12,332 nt of DNA from an uncultured archaeon. GTDB taxonomy: Archaea; Asgardarchaeota; Lokiarchaeia; Sigyniarchaeales; Promethearchaeaceae. Below, piece by piece: positions 1 to 6,277 of the stretch. Position numbers and translations under genes: made by a program. Numbering within the stretch: the first letter of the stretch is position 1; every line of letters begins with the position of its first letter. Below the pieces are notes generated by a model. That model saw only the letters and a list, made by a program, of their open reading frames with translations. It was not told where the DNA came from and did not search any database. The stretch covers positions 6,715 through 19,046 of the forward strand of contig CAYRPF010000037.1 of assembly GCA_964426185.1 (NCBI GenBank), written 5' to 3'.

Positions 1-128
1 GCTAGCGGAGAACCTAATCCTCCCAACCCGACTTGGAGTACCGTTTTGGATCCCAATTCTTCTTGTTTTTCCTTACCGATAACTAAAATTTGTCGCTGAT
101 ATCGTTCAATCATCTCAGGAGATAACAT
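1..128 (-). CDS. HesA/MoeB/ThiF family (UbaA-like, E1-like) adenylyltransferase, N-terminal part; runs off the window edge
   Basis: Not in the ORF track. Manual translation from ATG at 128-126 gives MLSPEMIERYQRQILVIGKEKQEELGSKTVLQVGLGGLGSPLA. This carries the ERYxRQI motif, the G..Q..L segment and the GxGGLGS nucleotide-binding loop typical of ThiF/MoeB/E1. Confidence 0.9.
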   Translation of the reverse strand, partial: MLSPEMIERYQRQILVIGKEKQEELGSKTVLQVGLGGLGSPL

Positions 129-159
129 ACTAATTCTCAAATTTTTAATTTCGCTCGCA

Positions 160-190
160 TATATATAAATGCTTGGAATTTTATTAAAAA
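160..190. promoter_or_regulatory. Candidate divergent archaeal TATA boxes for the ThiF-like gene and pus10
   Basis: TTTATATA on the minus strand (169-162) lies about 33 nt upstream of ATG 128. TTTATTAA on the plus strand (180-187) lies about 40 nt upstream of ATG 228. The AT-rich background lowers specificity. Confidence 0.4.
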
Positions 191-227
191 CACAAAATTT
201 TTTCCCGATTTCTCCTTTATTGGGATA

Positions 228-1760
228 ATGGATGAAAATTCCCGAGTAACCCAAGAAAAATCCCCAGAAAATGAAATAGAAGAACTAAAAATAATTATAG
301 AGCCTCAATCACTTGAGATATTACTAAAAACCTATAAAGTTCTTCAAAAATATAAATTATGTCAAGAATGCTTAGGGCGACAATTTTCATATTTAGCCAC
401 GGGAACGGACAATTCCACACGAGCACAAGCCATTTTACTTACGCTTACTATGGAAGCCCATGCTGCGCTTAAAAAGGAGTCACTTGAATACCATACTACA
501 CTCTTTGGAGATCGACCTTTGGAAATTCTTGAATTAATTGCAATTCAGAGCCATTTTCAACCCGCATTTCATGTATTACTGAATTACTATTCAAATACTA
601 ATCAAAATGAAAAAAAAGAATACATTTCACCTCTATTTGATTCGCATAATTGCGATTTGTGCCTTAATTTACTCATGCCTACAAATATTAAGCGAATTTG
701 TGAAGAAATCGAACAAGAAACTTCAAATTATGATTTTGAAAATTTCTTGGTAGGAACATATCTTAACCCGAAGATAACTAATAAAGAAGAAGATATTCGA
801 GCACAGTATGGCTTAATCAGCGGTGAATCTTTTAAAGCAAATCTTAATCGATTAGTTGGAAAAAAATTACAGCAGATATTTCATAAACCTACTCAATACA
901 AGCAACCTGATTTGCAAATCATGATTGACCTAAGGGAATCCATGGATCCTACATATGAATTACACCCAAAATCTCTCTTTTTAGAGAGTAAATATAAAAA
1001 ATTTGTGCGAAATCTTCCGCAAACTCACTGGCATTGCCATGATTGCCGTGGCAGAGGTATAGATCGTCGTACTAATGAAATCTGCCAAACATGTCATGGT
1101 TCTGGTGATATGTATCCGTCCTCTGTAGAAGATTTAATTGCAAGTGTGGTATTACCCTATACTCGAGGAAAATCAGCGGTTTTACATGGTGCAGGAAGAG
1201 AAGATATCGATGCGCGCTGCCTGGGAGCGGGTAGGCCTTTTGTATTAGAAATCAAAGCACCTCAAAAGCGAATTCTCCCCCTAAATAAGATAATGGATGA
1301 AATCAATCAAAAATTTAGTAAATCCATTCGCGTTGGTCCATTTTCTGTAGTAAATAAACAAAAAGTAATAAACTACAAATCAGATTCAGAAATCACCGAA
1401 AAATCATATCATGCTTTGGTTTATCTGGCACAACCGATTTCTGAATCTTTTTTTGCTCCTAGAATGGAGTTACTCCGTTCACAATTGATGAATCATCTTG
1501 TTAAACAGAGAACACCCCTTAGAGTTGTGCATCGCAGAGCCGATCGTACCCGAAGTAAGGAAATTTTTGAAATTCAAGGTAAATGGATAGATGCAAGACA
1601 TATCTTTTTCAAAATTCGTGCCCAAGGCGGAACATATATTAAAGAGTTAATCTCCAGTGATAATGGACGTACGGTTCCATCAATTGCGAAAATATTTGGA
1701 ATACCAATGTTATGCGTGGAACTTGATATTGTTAATGTACGTGAAATTAAGAACTCTTAA
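228..1760 (+). CDS. pus10: tRNA pseudouridine(54/55) synthase Pus10
   Basis: N-terminal CxxCLGRQF and CxxC zinc ligands; THUMP-like region (FKANLNRLVGK...PD); YKKFVRNLPQT; catalytic HGAGREDIDAR...GRPFVLE; QRTPLRVVHRRAD; QGGTYIKELI; C-terminal LDI. Confidence 0.96.
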   Translation: MDENSRVTQEKSPENEIEELKIIIEPQSLEILLKTYKVLQKYKLCQECLGRQFSYLATGTDNSTRAQAILLTLTMEAHAALKKESLEYHTTLFGDRPLEILELIAIQSHFQPAFHVLLNYYSNTNQNEKKEYISPLFDSHNCDLCLNLLMPTNIKRICEEIEQETSNYDFENFLVGTYLNPKITNKEEDIRAQYGLISGESFKANLNRLVGKKLQQIFHKPTQYKQPDLQIMIDLRESMDPTYELHPKSLFLESKYKKFVRNLPQTHWHCHDCRGRGIDRRTNEICQTCHGSGDMYPSSVEDLIASVVLPYTRGKSAVLHGAGREDIDARCLGAGRPFVLEIKAPQKRILPLNKIMDEINQKFSKSIRVGPFSVVNKQKVINYKSDSEITEKSYHALVYLAQPISESFFAPRMELLRSQLMNHLVKQRTPLRVVHRRADRTRSKEIFEIQGKWIDARHIFFKIRAQGGTYIKELISSDNGRTVPSIAKIFGIPMLCVELDIVNVREIKNS

Positions 1761-1772
1761 TGTGGTGCCACC

Positions 1773-2735
1773 ATGGTTAATACGATTCCTCTTATCCCGT
1801 TATTTATCACATTGATTGGAGGTATTTTATTCGTTTTAATTGAACATTTCCATAAAGCTTTCAAAATTCATGATTCCTTATTAGCGGGATTTTCTATATC
1901 ATATTTCTTTTTAGTTGTTCTTCCTGAAATCTCAGAAAATTTACCCGAGTATCCTCTTCATTTAACCAATTTTGAGTATTTACTAATTCTTTTAGGATTT
2001 GTTACAGAACATCTCTCAGAAAAGCTTATTTTACAAACTGTCGAAAGAAAATCTCAAAATAATATGAGAACACTTCTTCAAATGGAAAAAAATCTTAAAA
2101 TTGTCAAAGCTAACATCGAAAATTCAATTTCAGAAGAGATTATCCATAGAAATCATGATGACGATTTTCTTAAAGAATTAGCTTTAACAGATTTTCAATT
2201 AAAGCAAAAAGAAATGAACATAATTCAAGAAATTGTCGCTTTAAAGCACCGCATCACCAAACATATAAATAAAAATTTAGATGAACTGAGGTGGACCACC
2301 TCATTTTTACACCAATTTTTAATAGGCTTTTTGTTATTCTTTTTGATTGACTTTAATTTAATTTCTGGGGTTCTATTTTTATTATTTGCAAGTTTTATGG
2401 CTTTAATAACCAAACGTTCTAAAAAAGAGAAAATATTCAGTGATTTAGACATCGAAATCGAATGGCATGAAATTTCCAAAGAAGGAAAAATACTATTCTC
2501 TAGTGCAACACTGATTGGTAGCTTTTTAGCAGTATTTCTTTATTTAATAATAGAAATTGATTTAGAAACAATTTTTTTAATTTATTCCTATGCAAGTGGA
2601 ATAATTTTATATAAAATAATTCGCGAAGAAATTCCAGAAAAAGAAAAGGGAAAACCCTATCTTCTTTTTATTGGTGTGGTGTTATTCGCCCTTTTTGTGC
2701 TCATTTTCAACTTAGTTGAACATAAGTTACTTTAG
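1773..2735 (+). CDS. Polytopic membrane protein, ZIP-transporter-like (degenerate), with a long soluble insertion
   Basis: About 7-8 hydrophobic segments. LAGFSISYFFLVVLPE resembles ZIP TM2, and SGIILYKIIREEIPE resembles ZIP TM7 (G..LY....E..PE). The metal-binding TM4/TM5 motifs are not evident. It starts 12 nt after pus10, with an SD-like GGTG at 1764-1767. Confidence 0.6.
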   Translation: MVNTIPLIPLFITLIGGILFVLIEHFHKAFKIHDSLLAGFSISYFFLVVLPEISENLPEYPLHLTNFEYLLILLGFVTEHLSEKLILQTVERKSQNNMRTLLQMEKNLKIVKANIENSISEEIIHRNHDDDFLKELALTDFQLKQKEMNIIQEIVALKHRITKHINKNLDELRWTTSFLHQFLIGFLLFFLIDFNLISGVLFLLFASFMALITKRSKKEKIFSDLDIEIEWHEISKEGKILFSSATLIGSFLAVFLYLIIEIDLETIFLIYSYASGIILYKIIREEIPEKEKGKPYLLFIGVVLFALFVLIFNLVEHKLL

Positions 2736-2767
2736 GGAAATTTTTTCCCACTCTTATACTCACACTT

Positions 2768-3373
2768 CTATACATTTGGATCTATTTGAAAATTGATGGA
2801 AGAATTTGATAATTCAACTTGTTTAAAGCGATAGCTACCAGGTTTAATATATTTTTCAATGAGAAATTTAATAAATACAGAAAAATTTTTCCCTAAATTG
2901 TGAGCTCCTGAAACATAGCAAGTCATATCTTTCCATTCATAATGTATATCACTAAACCAATTCATACCATGAGCTGAAAAAACTTGCGTAATTAAATGCT
3001 TAAGCAGAAAAGAGAGCCAATCTTTCTTAAAATCCAATTGCTTTTCCTGTTCTGGATCGAAAATGAATTTGTCTTTCCAAAATTCCCCAAAAATGAGCGC
3101 ATTCCGATAAGAGAGCTCCGCCAATTCATCTAATTGAGTTTCATTAAGATTTTCTAAAGCCAACTTAAAGATATTTTGACTAATAATCATTTTGGGATTT
3201 TTTAGGCTGGATACTTCTTCAAATAAATTCAAATAATTATGGATGGCGTTTCTAGTGAGTTGTGATTTCGAAATGTTGTATTTTTCACTAAATTCTTCAA
3301 TATGGTTAATGGTTTCGGAATCAAACCGCACGCCGATGATTTTTTCCTTATTCTTTTTTTCGCTATCATTCAT
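2768..3373 (-). CDS. Ribbon-helix-helix (CopG/MetJ-like) transcription regulator with an uncharacterised C-terminal domain
   Basis: N-terminal KIIGVRFDSETINHIEEFSEKYNISKSQLTRNAIHNYL fits the RHH pattern (beta strand, helix, S.S.L.R.AI..YL). About 150 further residues follow. Confidence 0.8.
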   Translation of the reverse strand: MNDSEKKNKEKIIGVRFDSETINHIEEFSEKYNISKSQLTRNAIHNYLNLFEEVSSLKNPKMIISQNIFKLALENLNETQLDELAELSYRNALIFGEFWKDKFIFDPEQEKQLDFKKDWLSFLLKHLITQVFSAHGMNWFSDIHYEWKDMTCYVSGAHNLGKNFSVFIKFLIEKYIKPGSYRFKQVELSNSSINFQIDPNV

Positions 3374-3403
3374 AACGGGAATTCACTCGTATTAATATAA
3401 CTA

Positions 3404-3416
3404 AGGTAAGTTACCT
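3404..3416. promoter_or_regulatory. Palindromic candidate operator AGGTAA-G-TTACCT
   Basis: Perfect 6-1-6 inverted repeat in the divergent RHH/crotonase intergenic region, just upstream of a TATA-like TTATATTA on the minus strand (3400-3393). Confidence 0.55.
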
Positions 3417-3446
3417 CTATTATTTATTTATTTAAGTGTTTAGAAA

Positions 3447-3463
3447 GAAAAAACTTTTAATAA
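3447..3463 (+). promoter_or_regulatory. BRE/TATA promoter of the crotonase gene (probably leaderless)
   Basis: Purine run GAAAAAA followed by CTTTTAATAA. The TATA-like 3455-3462 ends 24 nt before ATG 3487, which is the archaeal TATA-to-TSS spacing. Confidence 0.55.
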
Positions 3464-3486
3464 CAGTGGGATCCAACATGTTTAAT

Positions 3487-4266
3487 ATGGAATTTCAAAA
3501 CCTTAAGTTCATCGAACAAGACGCGATTGCTGAAATTACATTTAATCGGCCGAATGTGCTTAATGCGATAAACATTCAAACAATGCAGGAATTACAACAA
3601 GTCGTTGAGTACTGCGCTGGAAAACCAGAAATTCGGGTGGTAATCATTACAGGAGAGGGAAAAGCTTTTGCTGCGGGTGCTGATATCTCCGAACTGCAAA
3701 AATTAGGTCCCGAAAAAGCCCGAGAAATCTCGAAACTTGGCATCGAAGTCTATCGAAAGATAGAACTTATGGAAAAAGTTGCCATCGCTGCTGTAAATGG
3801 ATTTGCCTTGGGCGGTGGTTGTGAACTAGCCATGGCTTGTGATATTCGTATCGCCAGTGAAAAGGCAAAATTCGGACAACCAGAAGTAAAACTCGGTATT
3901 ATTCCTGGATATGGTGGAACTCAACGGTTAACTAGGCTAATTGGAAGGGGAAAGGCCAAATTATTGACATATACTGGTGATATGATTGATGCTCAAACAG
4001 CAGAACGATATAAGTTAGTAGATGAAATAGTGGCACCTGAGAAATTAATGGAGCGTGCTCGAGAGTTAGCCCAAAAAATCGCGAAAATGTCTCCTATTGC
4101 CATCAGATGCGCGAAAAATGCCATTAATCGTGGAATCGAAAGTGATATAGAAGTTGGGCTTTCTTTAGAAAATGAATTATTCGGTTATTGTTTCGGCACC
4201 GAAGATGCAAAGGAAGGGATTGCTGCCTTTTTAGAGAAGCGTCCCGCGAATTTCAAGGGAAAATAG
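3487..4266 (+). CDS. Short-chain enoyl-CoA hydratase (crotonase family)
   Basis: Motifs ITFNRPNVLNA, AFAAGADI (oxyanion hole), GFALGGGCE and QPEVKLGIIPGYGGTQRL (both catalytic Glu), and EGIAAFLEKR. The start is moved from GTG 3436 to ATG 3487 (alternative ATG 3478) on family length and promoter position. Confidence 0.95.
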   Translation: MEFQNLKFIEQDAIAEITFNRPNVLNAINIQTMQELQQVVEYCAGKPEIRVVIITGEGKAFAAGADISELQKLGPEKAREISKLGIEVYRKIELMEKVAIAAVNGFALGGGCELAMACDIRIASEKAKFGQPEVKLGIIPGYGGTQRLTRLIGRGKAKLLTYTGDMIDAQTAERYKLVDEIVAPEKLMERARELAQKIAKMSPIAIRCAKNAINRGIESDIEVGLSLENELFGYCFGTEDAKEGIAAFLEKRPANFKGK

Positions 4267-4311
4267 AAAATAATCGATCCTAATCATTAGTTCGTTTGTG
4301 ATTCGATAAAG

Positions 4312-4322
4312 AAAAAAAAAAA
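4312..4322 (-). terminator. Oligo-T (T11) terminator-like tract after the hydrolase remnant
   Basis: An A11 run on the plus strand directly abuts the TAA at 4323-4325 on the minus strand. Confidence 0.45.
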
Positions 4323-4521
4323 TTATTTTTTAATAAATTCTGCAGCTTCCCTTACAAAATCATCAGCTACATCAGAATTTCCTATGTCATCGATAAATGC
4401 GTGATTGGTGTTTTTATAGAGTATAAATTTCACAGGAACACCTGCTGCATCTAATTTTTTCGCGAATTTTAATGAACTATCATAGAGAAAATCTTGATCT
4501 CCAACAGTTATTAATGCATCC
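4323..4521 (-). pseudogene. 3' remnant of an alpha/beta hydrolase (HSL-family esterase/lipase)
   Basis: ALITVGDQDFLYDSSLKFAKKLDAAGVPVKFILYKNTNHAF keeps the catalytic Asp and His regions. No HGGG or GxSxG region is present, and similarity stops at about 4520. Confidence 0.85.
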
Positions 4522-4523
4522 AC

Positions 4524-4682
4524 GCTGAATTCAGCCCTTTTCAACTGTAACACGTGGGTTACAGCGATGAAACATGATTTACATATAGCTGAAAACGGCA
4601 GAACACATTAAACGACCACAGAAATCACATTCAATTGTGGGGCTGGTGACGTGTTATATCAAAATCTCTCTTGAGATCAAGA
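4524..4682. repeat. Cluster of short inverted repeats at the junction of the decayed region
   Basis: GCTGAATTCAGC (4524-4535); CTGTAAC-6-GTTACAG (4545-4564); TAACACGT (4548-4555) with ACGTGTTA (4649-4656); TCTTGA-GA-TCAAGA (4669-4682). Confidence 0.6.
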
Positions 4683-5190
4683 GATTCACTGAGCCACACA
4701 ATTCGATAGAATCAAATTTCATCTGCATCTTGAGATAATACGTATCTACCCTCCGATTGATTCCGGGAATCTGCATAAAACACATTTCACAACGATCTTG
4801 CGTGATTCTCAGCATGTATCCATGATATGTATAGATGTCCAACCAAGCGTGTTTGTGGTGGTCAAACACAAACCGAAGCTGTTTCCACACCTGCTTTCCC
4901 ACACGTTTTCCTTCTTGTAAAAACTGGAGCTTGGATCGGTTCGAGAATCCTGCTAATTCTTCAGGTGTGTTTGCAAGATCATGATTCAGCGGTAAATTCT
5001 CCCGTACCATTGGATTTGCATTCAAAACATATACGTCATGAATTACATCATAGAGAAATACTTCCCATTTATGTGGGCACATCTCTAAGAAATCTGCCAC
5101 AATGGGTTGAAAAATGGAATTCTCATTTGTCTTACCTGTTACAACGCGTAAATCTACAGGTAGCCAATGTTTGTCACACCATGATCCCAA
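4654..5190 (-). mobile_element. Probable degenerate DDE transposase fragment (IS4/IS5/IS1182-like)
   Basis: LPVDLRVVTGKTNENSIFQPIVADFL...WEVFLYD resembles the P+...VT.GN.+D...L...........D segment that precedes the second catalytic Asp of DDE_Tnp_1-type enzymes. The expected xGYD continuation is absent, the start codon is TTG, and it adjoins a truncated gene. Confidence 0.45.
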
Positions 5191-5233
5191 ATCTCAAATT
5201 TTATGGATTAGTGATTCCTTTATCTGTTATAGC

Positions 5234-6277
5234 ATGCCGAAATGTAAATTTTATCGAGAATGTCGAGCAAATGCTGTTATACAAATTCCTCACACAAAAA
5301 TGGCTTTATGTAAAACTCACTTTCTCAGGTATATTGAAAGTCGCGTAAAAAGAACGATTGAAGAAAATCATCTAATTGACTTTCAGAATCCAAACGAAAA
5401 AGTTTTAGTGGCTATTAGTGGTGGTAAGGACTCACAAACCTTACTAACTATTTTGCATCAAGTAATCAAGAATCGAGTTCCTTTAGAAGCATTGTATATT
5501 GAAGTAGGGATTACTCCTCGTAATTATTCCAGAGATTCTGCAATGGTTGCTCGAAAATTATGTGAAAAATTAAATGTACCCTTTCATATTCTTGATGTAA
5601 AGGAAACTCTCGGAATTACAATTGATCAAATTCACCAATTAGGCCAACAGTTGAAATCTGGGAGAAGAAAACCGAGAAAATCTAAAAATTTCCGAGGAGA
5701 ATGCTCTTATTGTGGATTGATTAAACGATATTATATTAATTATTTTGCAGTGAAAAATGGATTTACTAAAGTAGCTACAGGTCACAACTTGACTGATGAA
5801 GCATCTCAGTTATTATCTAATTTCTTCAGCACTGATATGGAACAAATGAGCCGTGCTGGGCCAATAACTTTGAATAATGTGGACGGCCTAATTCCACGCA
5901 TTAAACCTCTTTTCTACATTTATGAAACCGAACTAATTATGTATGCCTATTTTGCCCAAGTAGAGCATCTACCCACCGAGTGTGCTTACGCCACCGATTC
6001 AACGGTTATCAGTGTGAAGAAATCCTTAGAAAAAATCGAGGTTTTTCGCCGGGCGACCATGATGAATTTAGTGCGTGACTTTCAAAAAACCATGAAACCT
6101 ATATTGGCGGCGCAAACCCCAGAGGAACATCAAGTAATCAAAAAGTGTAAACAATGCGGTATGACGACTTATTTGGATATTTGCTCTTTCTGCACCACCA
6201 CTAATCGTTTAAAAGAACAATTACAGAAATATCAAAAAGAAGAATTGGATGAATTGGAAGAAGCAGAAGGATCATAA
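5234..6277 (+). CDS. tRNA 2-thiolation protein, TtuA/NcsA/Ctu1 family (PP-loop ATPase)
   Basis: N-terminal zinc finger (CKFYREC...CKTH), SGGKDS PP-loop, CSYC...KRY, ATGHNLTDE, RIKPL, ECAY (third Fe-S Cys) and C-terminal CxxC-x8-CxxC-like finger. The real start is taken as ATG 5234; the extra 40 codons from 5114 lie partly in the transposase-like patch. Confidence 0.93.
   Translation: MPKCKFYRECRANAVIQIPHTKMALCKTHFLRYIESRVKRTIEENHLIDFQNPNEKVLVAISGGKDSQTLLTILHQVIKNRVPLEALYIEVGITPRNYSRDSAMVARKLCEKLNVPFHILDVKETLGITIDQIHQLGQQLKSGRRKPRKSKNFRGECSYCGLIKRYYINYFAVKNGFTKVATGHNLTDEASQLLSNFFSTDMEQMSRAGPITLNNVDGLIPRIKPLFYIYETELIMYAYFAQVEHLPTECAYATDSTVISVKKSLEKIEVFRRATMMNLVRDFQKTMKPILAAQTPEEHQVIKKCKQCGMTTYLDICSFCTTTNRLKEQLQKYQKEELDELEEAEGS

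Noticed and set aside
1035-1106. DnaJ-like CxxCxGxG pair in Pus10 (CHDCRGRG...CQTCHGSG)
   Set aside because: This zinc-ribbon insertion is common in archaeal Pus10 proteins, so it is not a novel fusion; only the spacer looks slightly long.
1767-1776. Perfect vertebrate Kozak consensus GCCACCATGG at the membrane-protein start, overlapping the palindrome TGGTG-C-CACCA
   Set aside because: It is a single instance, no other start in the window resembles it, the consensus is not pan-eukaryotic, and an SD-like GGTG explains the site. Most likely chance.
3436-3477. GTG-start extension of the crotonase
   Set aside because: It overlaps the BRE/TATA region, and family length fits ATG 3487 or 3478.
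4520-5230. Possible CRISPR array, DGR template repeat or tRNA in the decayed region
   Set aside because: I saw no periodic direct repeats, no adenine-variant copy elsewhere in the window, no reverse transcriptase and no cloverleaf or T-loop consensus.
5114-5233. 40-aa N-terminal extension of the TtuA ORF
   Set aside because: The family begins at the zinc finger (MPKC, 5234). The extension runs through the likely promoter and into the mobile remnant.
4827-5348. 173-aa plus-strand ORF
   Set aside because: No recognisable motifs; it overlaps both the transposase-like ORF (antisense) and the TtuA start in another frame.
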